Below are positions 30,916 through 39,435 of a stretch of DNA of 64,000 nucleotides, in pieces. The notes beneath the pieces are model-generated. The model ran no database searches and was not told the DNA's origin. It saw nothing but the letters and a program-made list of their open reading frames with translations. This stretch comes from a virus. The DNA lies in the IMG/VR virus record IMGVR_UViG_3300042945_002173, one strand, 5' to 3'. The position numbers and the translations under genes were made by a program. Each line of letters starts with the position of its first letter. Position 1 is the first letter of the stretch.

Positions 30916-31356
30916 GTGAAAACTTTTAAACAGTTTCAAGAACAAGCACAACCAAGTTCAATATTTAAGTGGACCAAAAGACCAGAGTCAACGGACAAAA
31001 ATGTTGAAACTAGTTCTTATGGTCCAGGACTTTACGGAAACAAGACAGCAGATGGAACTGTTTTAACTCCAAAAACAAGAGGAGTTGCTCACAAAACTTT
31101 ACCACTTGGAACTCAGGTAAGAATTACAGATCCGAGAACTGGAAGATCAGTGACTGCACCTGTTATTGATAGGGGTCCATATCACGGTAATAGAGAGTAT
31201 GATTTGACAACAGGAACCACTCAACAACTCGGTTATCCAAATTATAAAGAATTTGGTGCAAGAACCCTTAAAGTCGGACCATTACCAAAACCAAAACTAA
31301 GTCCTATTTTTAAATATCCAGAAAAACCAAAATCAATCTTTAACTGGAAAAAATAA
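30916..31356 (+). CDS. RlpA-like (DPBB) lytic transglycosylase with CTS-like N-terminus
   Basis: SSYGPGLYGNKTADG, AHKTLPLGT.VRIT, VIDRGPY...REYDLT are RlpA motifs; GTG start gives MKTFKQFQE. Confidence 0.8.
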   Translation: MKTFKQFQEQAQPSSIFKWTKRPESTDKNVETSSYGPGLYGNKTADGTVLTPKTRGVAHKTLPLGTQVRITDPRTGRSVTAPVIDRGPYHGNREYDLTTGTTQQLGYPNYKEFGARTLKVGPLPKPKLSPIFKYPEKPKSIFNWKK

Positions 31357-31895
31357 TGTCTAATTGTAATTTTCCTGGACAAATTTCAAATAGAAATTTT
31401 CTAACAACTGTTGGGTTTAAATTTACTTTGGCAAAATATCCCCAAGTAGATTTCTTTGCCAATAGTGCCAGAATACCAGAGATTTCTCTTGCAACTACAA
31501 TACAACCTTCATACTTAAAGGATATTGACGTACCAGGTGAAAAATTAACCTATGGAGATTTAACTCTTAGGTTTATTGTTGATGAGAATATGGAAAATTA
31601 TATTGCAGTGTATGAATGGTTAACTGGACTTGGATTTCCAGAAACAACTCAACAATTTAAAAATTTGACCACAGATGATGCTGGTCAGAGAGATATGTTG
31701 GAAGCATTCAGTGATGGAACTTTACGTATTCTGAACAGTAATTATAGAGAAGTTGCAAAAGTTAAGTTTTTAGATTTATTCCCAACATCATTAAGTTCTC
31801 TTGATTTTGATGCCACACCAACTGACATCCAGTACTTTACAGCACAGGCATCTTTCAAGTATACTGTATACACTATAACTAGTTCGATTAAATGA
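31356..31895 (+). CDS. g3: tail completion/tube terminator gp3
   Basis: NRNFL...GFKF, PGEKLTYGDLTLRFIVDEN.ENY motifs. Confidence 0.9.
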   Translation: MSNCNFPGQISNRNFLTTVGFKFTLAKYPQVDFFANSARIPEISLATTIQPSYLKDIDVPGEKLTYGDLTLRFIVDENMENYIAVYEWLTGLGFPETTQQFKNLTTDDAGQRDMLEAFSDGTLRILNSNYREVAKVKFLDLFPTSLSSLDFDATPTDIQYFTAQASFKYTVYTITSSIK

Positions 31896-32323
31896 ATCTT
31901 GATGAAATTCAGGAGATGTGGCAGAGAGATTCTGTCATTGATCCTGATAATTTACACGATGAGTCTTTAAAAATTCCTCAACTTCACTCCAAGTATTATA
32001 CCATTTATAATACAATCACTTTGTTGCGAGAAAAAGCAAGAGAGACTTACAATAGAGTTAAACTTGAAAGGTATAACTACTACACTGGAAAGGCACCCAT
32101 AGAGGTTTATGAAGAAGAACCGTTCCCATATAAAGTTCGGGACAAAGAGGCATTGCAGAGGCATATGGATGGCGATGAGAAGTTAAGTAAAGTAGAACTC
32201 AAAATAAGATACTATGACATTATGTTGAAGTTTTTAGAAGAAGTTATTAAGACTATTTCTAATCGAACATTCCAAATCAAAAATGCTATTGAGTGGCATA
32301 GGTTCCAAGCAGGGTTTAACTAA
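31892..32323 (+). CDS. uvsY: recombination mediator UvsY
   Basis: DSVIDPDNLHDESLKIPQLHSKY, R.FQIKNAIEW.RFQAG. Confidence 0.93.
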   Translation: MNLDEIQEMWQRDSVIDPDNLHDESLKIPQLHSKYYTIYNTITLLREKARETYNRVKLERYNYYTGKAPIEVYEEEPFPYKVRDKEALQRHMDGDEKLSKVELKIRYYDIMLKFLEEVIKTISNRTFQIKNAIEWHRFQAGFN

Positions 32324-32326
32324 ATA
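32319..32326 (+). promoter_or_regulatory. late promoter ACTAAATA
   Basis: Overlaps the uvsY stop; 15 nt before ATG 32342. Confidence 0.7.
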
Positions 32327-32341
32327 AAAATAAAAAGTTAA

Positions 32342-33028
32342 ATGAAAACTTTTAGAGAGTTTATATCAGAGGCGGGGGCAACTTCTACAAGATTGGGTAT
32401 AAGAACACAAGAAATTATTAACCGTTCTCGAAATACTCCAACAAGTTTGTCTGCACCATATACTTCTTCAAATCCAAGTCCACAAGAACTTGCAGATCGT
32501 CGAAGAGATTTTGGTAATTTAAAACCTGGACAAACTAGTTTAGATACATTACATAATTTATTCAATTACGCAAAACAAAGAGCACAAGGAATTTATCCAG
32601 AAACAAAACATTCGCAAAGAACAAGAGAGAATCCAATTAGAAGTAGACCAACTCCACCAAATGCAGTGAAGACTAGTAGTGGTTCACTCACAAGAACTTA
32701 TCAACCAGTTAGAAGCACTCAAAATCCTTTAACTCCTTCTGTTAGAGATGAAAGAAGAGCAGCAGCAGGATCATCTGGTCAAGGTTCAACACCAAAAGGT
32801 CCAAAACTTTATAGACAATCTGTAAGTGGCGTTTCTGTTGGCGATGATCCGTTTGCAGTTATAAAATCTGCTAGTACACAACCAAAACCACTCCCCAAAC
32901 CCAGAGGAACAAGAGGTGGTTCTTCATCATTACCAAATTTAGGACGTCCTGGAATTGGATTTAAAATGGATGTTGGACATAAACCAGGTGACAGATATGG
33001 AATAAGTGGTATTGGTCTTGCAGACTGA
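32342..33028 (+). CDS. basic low-complexity protein with CTS-like N-terminus (MKTFREFISE), putative internal head protein
   Basis: N-terminal motif; R/S/T/P-rich body; flanked by a late promoter and a terminator. Confidence 0.65.
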   Translation: MKTFREFISEAGATSTRLGIRTQEIINRSRNTPTSLSAPYTSSNPSPQELADRRRDFGNLKPGQTSLDTLHNLFNYAKQRAQGIYPETKHSQRTRENPIRSRPTPPNAVKTSSGSLTRTYQPVRSTQNPLTPSVRDERRAAAGSSGQGSTPKGPKLYRQSVSGVSVGDDPFAVIKSASTQPKPLPKPRGTRGGSSSLPNLGRPGIGFKMDVGHKPGDRYGISGIGLAD

Positions 33029-33050
33029 GAGGCAGAAATGCCTCTTTTTT
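33027..33050 (+). terminator. rho-independent terminator
   Basis: AGAGGCA-GAAA-TGCCTCT plus T-tract. Confidence 0.85.
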
Positions 33051-33052
33051 AT

Positions 33053-33060
33053 TATAAATA
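33053..33060 (+). promoter_or_regulatory. late promoter TATAAATA (endonuclease/uvsW)
   Basis: Exact consensus. Confidence 0.8.
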
Positions 33061-33082
33061 ATATGGGACGGAAAAATGCTCT

Positions 33083-33736
33083 ATGGCATTTATATACAAA
33101 ATAACTAATAATATAAATCAAAAATTTTACATAGGGTTTACAGGTCAAAAAATCCCTATGCGTAGATTTAATCAACACCTATCATCTGCTCGTTCTGAAA
33201 GAAAAAATAATCAACCTATTATCAGAGCAATAAGAAAATATGGGGAAGAAAATTTTTCTTTTGAAATCCTTTTGGAAGGAGAAGAAAAATTTTTACTCAA
33301 TGTAGAAGAACCTAGATTGATAAAAGAACTAAAACCAGAATATAATTCTACATTAGGTGGTGAGGGAATACTTGGATATAAGCATACAGAAGAGACGAAA
33401 ATAAAATGTGGACTATCAACACTAGGTAGAAAAGAAAGTGAAGAGCATAAAAGATGGAGAAGTCAAAAAATTAAAGAAGGTTGGAAAAATCAGAATGTAA
33501 ATAAAAAAATAGAAGTATCTAATAGCAAATTAAATTCCAATAGTCAAAGAATTGAAATTGAAATTGAAGGAATAAAATTTAAAAGTATTAATGATGCTGC
33601 TCGTTGGGCGATGGATAAATATGGTATAGGAAGGAACACCGCAATAAGATATATTAAAGAAGGTCGTTCATTTTCCAACAAAAAACAAATGAATAGAATT
33701 TATGATGGAAAATACAGGTCAACGAAGCACCTCTAA
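33083..33736 (+). mobile_element. free-standing GIY-YIG homing endonuclease (Seg-like) with NUMOD-type DNA-binding tail
   Basis: FIYKITN..NQKFYIG, R..QH, AIRKYG.ENF, YN.T.GGEG..GYKHTEETK motifs; very AT-rich. Confidence 0.9.
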
Positions 33737-35198
33737 TGGGCACATTATTATTTCAAAAAAGAATGAAGTTTTTTTACAAGTAAAAGCAGAACCTCATATC
33801 TATTATGAACTAAGAGACGCATTCCAATTTGAAGTTCCTAACGCAAAATTTTCACCAGCATATAAAAATAAATGGTGGGATGGGCGAATTTATTTGTTTA
33901 ATGTTAATACTGGAGAAATATACTGTGGTTTGTTAGACAGATTAACTAAATTTTGTAACGACTACAATTATACTTATGAGTTTGTAAACAATAAGTTTTA
34001 TGGTCTTCCTTTTGAAGTCAATGAAATGATTTCAAAGGAAGGTGTAAAAGATTATATGACTTCTATTTGCAAGTATGCTCCCCGTGAGTACCAAGTTGAG
34101 GGAGTATACGACGCTTTAAAACATAATCGAAAGTTGTTGATATCTCCAACTGCCTCTGGAAAGTCGTTGATGATATATTCGATTGTCCGATATTACGTTG
34201 AGAAAGGACAAAATACTCTGATAGTCGTTCCGACGACATCCCTTGTAGAACAGATGTATAAAGACTTTGCAGATTATGGGTGGGATGTGGGTTCATTTTG
34301 CCACAAGATATATGCGGGTAAAGAAAGAGAAACGGACTCTCAGGTGATCATTACGACCTGGCAGTCCATCTACAAACTTCCCCGACAATATTTTTCAAGA
34401 TTTAATGTGGTCGTTGGAGATGAAGCACACCAGTTTAAATCAAAGTCATTAGTATCTATAATGACAAAACTTTCTGATGCAAAATATCGTTTTGGATTTA
34501 CAGGAACCCTTGATGGCACTCAGACACACAAATGGGTTTTAGAAGGTTTATTTGGTCCTTCATACAAAATCATCAGAACAGAAGAACTGATGCAGAAGGG
34601 TCACGTTGCCAAACTGGACATTAATATTCTTCTATTGAAACACCCACCAAATAAGTTTGAGACCTTTGAGGATGAGGTTCAGTATATTATCAATCACGAG
34701 AAACGCAATAAGTTTATCAAGAATCTTGCCCTAGATCTTAAAGGCAATACTCTGATTCTCTTTTCAAGAGTAGAGGGACACGGTCAACCTTTATACGATC
34801 TCATAAATAAGAGTATCGCAGAAGATCGCCACGTGTTCTTTGTTCACGGTGGTGTAGATACTGAGGACCGAGAAAAAGTCAGAGAAATTACTGAAAAAGA
34901 AAATAATGCAATCATCGTTGCTTCTTATGGCACTTTTTCTACTGGTATTAACATTAGAAATCTACATAATGTCATCTTTGCTTCCCCTAGTAAATCAAGA
35001 ATCAGAAATCTCCAATCAATCGGAAGGGTCCTAAGAAAAAGTGAAAATAAATCAAAAGCAACTCTATATGACATTGCCGATGATATCAGTTATAAATCAA
35101 GAAAAAATTATACTCTTAATCATCTAATAGAAAGAATAAAAGTTTATAACGAAGAAAACTTTAATTATGATATTGTAAACATACCGCTTAAAAACTAA
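33702..35198 (+). CDS. uvsW: DNA helicase UvsW (start uncertain)
   Basis: SPTASGKS, DEAH, GFTGT, LQSIGRVLR SF2 motifs; the only in-frame ATGs before the conserved N-terminus lie inside the endonuclease gene. Confidence 0.95.
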   Translation: MMENTGQRSTSNGHIIISKKNEVFLQVKAEPHIYYELRDAFQFEVPNAKFSPAYKNKWWDGRIYLFNVNTGEIYCGLLDRLTKFCNDYNYTYEFVNNKFYGLPFEVNEMISKEGVKDYMTSICKYAPREYQVEGVYDALKHNRKLLISPTASGKSLMIYSIVRYYVEKGQNTLIVVPTTSLVEQMYKDFADYGWDVGSFCHKIYAGKERETDSQVIITTWQSIYKLPRQYFSRFNVVVGDEAHQFKSKSLVSIMTKLSDAKYRFGFTGTLDGTQTHKWVLEGLFGPSYKIIRTEELMQKGHVAKLDINILLLKHPPNKFETFEDEVQYIINHEKRNKFIKNLALDLKGNTLILFSRVEGHGQPLYDLINKSIAEDRHVFFVHGGVDTEDREKVREITEKENNAIIVASYGTFSTGINIRNLHNVIFASPSKSRIRNLQSIGRVLRKSENKSKATLYDIADDISYKSRKNYTLNHLIERIKVYNEENFNYDIVNIPLKN

Positions 35199-35611
35199 TG
35201 GGAGAAGAGTTTTACGCAGCAATCAAATTAGTAACAGGTGAAGAAATATTTTCTCTAATATGTGTTGATGAGAATGATGGGGATCCTATCATAATTCTTC
35301 AAAATCCTGTCATAATGAAAGTTATTAATAATCATATAGGTCAATACGTAAAAGTAAAACCATGGATGGAAATACCATCTGATGATTTCTTTATTATAAA
35401 ATACGATAAGATCGTTACTATGACTGAAGTTAAAGAAAGTCAAATGATAACCTTCTATGAGAGATATCTTAATGAAGAAGATGTTGATATAGAACTGGAT
35501 GGTAAGGTAAAGATATCAAATAAGATGGGATATATCTCTTCTGTTGAAGATGCTAGAAAGAACTTAGAGAATATTTTTCGTAAAGATCTTAAAGATAATA
35601 AAGAAAGCTAG
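35198..35611 (+). CDS. conserved cyanophage hypothetical protein
   Basis: IKLVTGEEI motif, located between uvsW and g55. Confidence 0.75.
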   Translation: MGEEFYAAIKLVTGEEIFSLICVDENDGDPIIILQNPVIMKVINNHIGQYVKVKPWMEIPSDDFFIIKYDKIVTMTEVKESQMITFYERYLNEEDVDIELDGKVKISNKMGYISSVEDARKNLENIFRKDLKDNKES

Positions 35612-35660
35612 AGTCTCATCTTCAACGGGAACAAAGGGATTCTACTCATAATTTCGTATG

Positions 35661-35688
35661 TTGTCAAGTCCTGAAAGTATGGTATAAT
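35661..35688 (+). promoter_or_regulatory. sigma70-like promoter for g55
   Basis: TTGTCA-16nt-TATAAT. Confidence 0.6.
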
Positions 35689-35724
35689 ATACATAACGAA
35701 AATTTATCTACAAAGACCGATGTT

Positions 35725-36252
35725 ATGTCCAAGAAGAAATCAGAACATTATGTAAACAACAAAGAGTTACTTGAAGCATTAATTGTTTATAGAACTAAAG
35801 TTGAAAAATCATACTTGAAGAAGTACGATAAAGATCTCACAAAGCAACCCAAAGAGGAAAGAGCAAAGCACTGGGAAGGTAAACCACCAATCTCTAATTA
35901 TCTGGGTGAGTGTTTCTTGAAAATCGCTACACATCTTTCATACAAACCAAACTTTGTGAATTATATGTTTAGAGATGATATGATCTCTGATGGTATTGAA
36001 AATTGTGTTCAATATATTCACAACTTTGATCCTGAGAAGTCTAAAAACCCCTTTGCTTACTTTACTCAAATTATTCACTATGCTTTTCTCCGTCGTATTC
36101 AAAAGGAGAAGAAGCAACTGGAAATCAAGACCAAGATCATTGAACGAACTGGTTTTGATGAGGTTATGATGGTTGACGATAGCTTGCTTTCTGGAAGCAG
36201 TTCGGACTATAATACAATCAAAGATAACGTTGCCTACAAAACTAACCGATGA
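35725..36252 (+). CDS. g55: late-transcription sigma factor gp55
   Basis: HYVNNKE, DMISDGIENC, NPFAYFTQIIHYAFLRRIQKEK. Confidence 0.96.
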   Translation: MSKKKSEHYVNNKELLEALIVYRTKVEKSYLKKYDKDLTKQPKEERAKHWEGKPPISNYLGECFLKIATHLSYKPNFVNYMFRDDMISDGIENCVQYIHNFDPEKSKNPFAYFTQIIHYAFLRRIQKEKKQLEIKTKIIERTGFDEVMMVDDSLLSGSSSDYNTIKDNVAYKTNR

Positions 36253-37289
36253 AGGTTGCCATTATAACAGATCAGCATTTCGGGGCCCGTAAATCCTCTA
36301 AGTTTCTTCACGATTATTTCAAAAAATTCTATGATGAAATTTTCTTTCCTTACTTAGAGGAAAATAATATCAAGACAGTTATTGATATGGGCGATACTTT
36401 TGATAATCGCAGATCAATTGACTTATGGGCACTTGAATGGGCAAAAGAAAATTATTATGATCGTCTCCAACAAATGGGCGTTACTGTTCATACCATTGTT
36501 GGAAATCATACTGCTTACTATAAAAATACTAACTCGGTCAATACTGTAGATTTATTGTTAAAGCAATATGAAAACGTAAAAGTCTATTCAGAAGCAACCG
36601 AAGTTAAACTGGATAAACTTAAAGTTCTGTTTATACCCTGGATTAATCAAGAAAATGAGGAAACTACTTTCAAACTTATTCAAAGTGTATCTTGCAAGTG
36701 TGCGATGGGGCACCTTGAACTCAATGGATTTAGAGCGCATCGTGGACACGTCATGGAAGACGGTATGGAAAGCGAACTATTTGACAAGTTCGAACTTGTC
36801 TTCTCGGGACACTATCACACTCGATCGAATAACGGAAAAATCTTCTACCTAGGAAATCCTTATGAGATGTTCTGGAATGATGTGAATGATACCAGAGGAT
36901 TTCATATTTTTGATACTGATACCTTAGAGTTTGAACCAGTTAATAATCCATTCAAACTCTTCTACAACGTTTATTATGAAGATACAAACTATAAACTATT
37001 CGATGCTCGTGAATATCAGAGTAAAATTGTAAAGGTAATTGTTAAAAAGAAGAGCGATCAAAAGAATTTTGAGAAGTTCATTGATAAACTTTATTCTTCT
37101 GGAATTCAAGAACTCAAAATTGTAGAGAACTTTGAAATTCACATAGATGAAGATTTCGAAGTTGAGGAAACTGAAAACACAATTTCTATTTTGAATAGAT
37201 ATATTGACGAATCTGAAATTGATTGTGATAAATCAATTATCAAAGGAATTCTACAAAAAATATACTCACAGGCTTGCGAGGTTGAGTAA
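36249..37289 (+). CDS. g47: recombination endonuclease subunit gp47 (Mre11/SbcD-like)
   Basis: TDQHFG, GDTFD, GNH, SGHYH phosphoesterase motifs. Confidence 0.95.
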   Translation: MKVAIITDQHFGARKSSKFLHDYFKKFYDEIFFPYLEENNIKTVIDMGDTFDNRRSIDLWALEWAKENYYDRLQQMGVTVHTIVGNHTAYYKNTNSVNTVDLLLKQYENVKVYSEATEVKLDKLKVLFIPWINQENEETTFKLIQSVSCKCAMGHLELNGFRAHRGHVMEDGMESELFDKFELVFSGHYHTRSNNGKIFYLGNPYEMFWNDVNDTRGFHIFDTDTLEFEPVNNPFKLFYNVYYEDTNYKLFDAREYQSKIVKVIVKKKSDQKNFEKFIDKLYSSGIQELKIVENFEIHIDEDFEVEETENTISILNRYIDESEIDCDKSIIKGILQKIYSQACEVE

Positions 37290-37576
37290 TGTTTCTTCTC
37301 ACTCTTAAAGATCAAAAAGAAGACGGAGCATACGCTGTTCAAAACCGATATGGGGAAAAAGTTCTTTTCCTCTTTGAAGAAGAAGATGATGCGGTTCGTT
37401 ATGCTTTGATGCTTGAAGAGCAAGAAGATACTGAAATGGATGTTGTAGAAGTCGATGATACACTTGCAATAATGACCTGTAAGCGGTATAATTATAAGTA
37501 TGCCGTCGTTACACCAAACGATATTGTTATTCCCCCGAAATTGAATGATAACCTTTCAAAAGATCCGTTGGCGTAA
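37289..37576 (+). CDS. conserved hypothetical (DUF3110-like)
   Basis: VLFLFEEEDDAVRYALMLE motif. Confidence 0.65.
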   Translation: MFLLTLKDQKEDGAYAVQNRYGEKVLFLFEEEDDAVRYALMLEEQEDTEMDVVEVDDTLAIMTCKRYNYKYAVVTPNDIVIPPKLNDNLSKDPLA

Positions 37577-39272
37577 TTTTCTTTCTACTGGAAACAGTTT
37601 TACGGAAGTTAATTTTCAGAGCAATCATACAAATCTTATTATTGGTACAAACGGAGCAGGGAAGTCAACCATTCTTGATGCGTTGACTTTTGTTTTGTTC
37701 AATAAACCTTTCCGAAAGATTAATAAACCTCAACTGGTCAACACAACCAATGAAAGAGAATGTGTTGTAGAAGTTGAGTTTACGATCAACACTAGAGAAT
37801 ACCTTGTTCGACGTGGTATCAAACCTTCTGTGTTTGATATTGTTGTGAATGGAACTCCAATGCATCGTGAGGCAGATGATCGTGCAATGCAAAGAATTCT
37901 AGAAGAGAGTATTTTAAAACTAAATTATAAGTCTTTTACTCAAATTGTAATTCTAGGTAGCAGTACTTTTGTTCCCTTTATGCAGTTGACTACTGCTAAT
38001 CGGCGTGAGGTGATTGAGGATCTTTTAGATATTCGTGTATTCTCTGCAATGAATAATATTGTAAAGGATAAACTTCGGGAGAAGAAAGAACAGGTTAAGT
38101 CTTTGGATTTGAAAAAAGAAAATATCAAAGATAAGATGAAGATGCAACAGGACTTCATCGAAGAGTTAGAGAATCGTGGTAATGCCAATATTAATATCAA
38201 CAAAGAAAAGATTATCAAGTTAGATTCTGAAGTTGGTAATTGTTTAAAAGATAATGAAAGTATTCAAGATGATATTGATCTTTTAGTTCAGAAGCAGGAA
38301 ACTCTAACTGGTGCTGGAGATAAGTTAGTGAAACTGAACAATCTAAAAGGTAAACTATCTCAAAAAGTAAGTGTTATTACCAAAGAGCATAAGTTTTTCA
38401 CAGAAAATACGGTATGCCCTACTTGCACTCAGAACATTGAAGAAGAGTTTCGGTTAAATAGAATTACAGACGCTCAAAATAAAGCAAAGGAACTCCAGAA
38501 AGGTTTTCAAGAACTCGAGGAGACTATAAATTTAGAACAGGATAGAGAGCGTCAATTCACAGTTCTTTCCAAGGAGATTACGAAACTCAACCATGAGATT
38601 TCTCAAAACAATACTCGGATTTCAATCAACCAGAGACAAATCCGAGATCTTGAAAATGAAATTCAAACAATTGCCCAAAACCTTGCAAACAGAAATACTG
38701 AGCATGAGAAATTAGAGGAATTTAAAGAAAATCTCCAAAAAACATTCGAAGACCTCTCAAAGAAAAAAGAAGAAATCGTTTATTACGATTTTGCCTACTC
38801 CTTACTCAAGGATGATGGCGTTAAAACGAAGATAATTAAGAAGTATCTTCCGTTCATAAATCAGCAGGTGAATCGTTATCTTCAAATGATGGATTTTTAT
38901 ATTAACTTCCATCTGGATGAAGAATTCAATGAAACTGTAAAATCACCCATTCACGAAGACTTTTCTTACAGTTCTTTCAGTGAGGGTGAAAAAATGAGAA
39001 TCGACCTTGCTCTTCTCTTTACTTGGAGAGAAGTAGCACGAGTCAAAAATTCCGTTAATACTAATCTGCTGATTATGGATGAAGTCTTTGATTCTTCACT
39101 TGATGGATTTGGAACTGATGAGTTTCTGAAAATTATTCGTTACGTGATTAAAGACGCTAATATCTTTGTGATCTCTCATAAGTCAGACCTGCATGACAAA
39201 TTTGAAAGTGTCATAAGGTTCGAAAAGGTCAAGGGTTTCTCCCGTATGATGTCCTCACAAGCACAAGACTAA
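37545..39272 (+). CDS. g46: recombination ATPase gp46 (Rad50/SbcC-like)
   Basis: GTNGAGKST, coiled coil with CPTC hook, FSEGEK signature, DEVFDSSLD. Confidence 0.96.
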   Translation: MITFQKIRWRNFLSTGNSFTEVNFQSNHTNLIIGTNGAGKSTILDALTFVLFNKPFRKINKPQLVNTTNERECVVEVEFTINTREYLVRRGIKPSVFDIVVNGTPMHREADDRAMQRILEESILKLNYKSFTQIVILGSSTFVPFMQLTTANRREVIEDLLDIRVFSAMNNIVKDKLREKKEQVKSLDLKKENIKDKMKMQQDFIEELENRGNANININKEKIIKLDSEVGNCLKDNESIQDDIDLLVQKQETLTGAGDKLVKLNNLKGKLSQKVSVITKEHKFFTENTVCPTCTQNIEEEFRLNRITDAQNKAKELQKGFQELEETINLEQDRERQFTVLSKEITKLNHEISQNNTRISINQRQIRDLENEIQTIAQNLANRNTEHEKLEEFKENLQKTFEDLSKKKEEIVYYDFAYSLLKDDGVKTKIIKKYLPFINQQVNRYLQMMDFYINFHLDEEFNETVKSPIHEDFSYSSFSEGEKMRIDLALLFTWREVARVKNSVNTNLLIMDEVFDSSLDGFGTDEFLKIIRYVIKDANIFVISHKSDLHDKFESVIRFEKVKGFSRMMSSQAQD

Positions 39273-39418
39273 TGCAAGTCCCCAACCGCTATCATCACTC
39301 TAAGAAGGAACAGAAGCGGAAATTAAAACCGCAAGCACTCCGACAAGCAAAAGCACGCCGCCAAGCACTCAAGAAGCGTCTCCAACAAGGGGACGCTTCT
39401 TTTTTAATAAATATCTAA
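39272..39418 (+). CDS. small basic protein (48 aa); not in ORF track
   Basis: MQVPNRYHHSKKEQKRKLKPQALRQAKARRQALKKRLQQGDASFLINI; TAATG-coupled to g46. Confidence 0.6.
   Translation: MQVPNRYHHSKKEQKRKLKPQALRQAKARRQALKKRLQQGDASFLINI
39372..39405 (+). terminator. rho-independent terminator
   Basis: AGAAGCGTCTCC...GGGGACGCTTCT plus T-tract. Confidence 0.8.
39406..39413 (+). promoter_or_regulatory. late promoter AATAAATA
   Basis: Directly after the terminator, before ATG 39436. Confidence 0.7.
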
Positions 39419-39435
39419 AAAAGTGTCTTTTAGAG

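Noticed and set aside
33053-33740. Group I intron hosting the GIY-YIG gene
   Set aside because: The ORF fills essentially the whole insert, leaving no room for P-Q-R-S core elements; treated as free-standing
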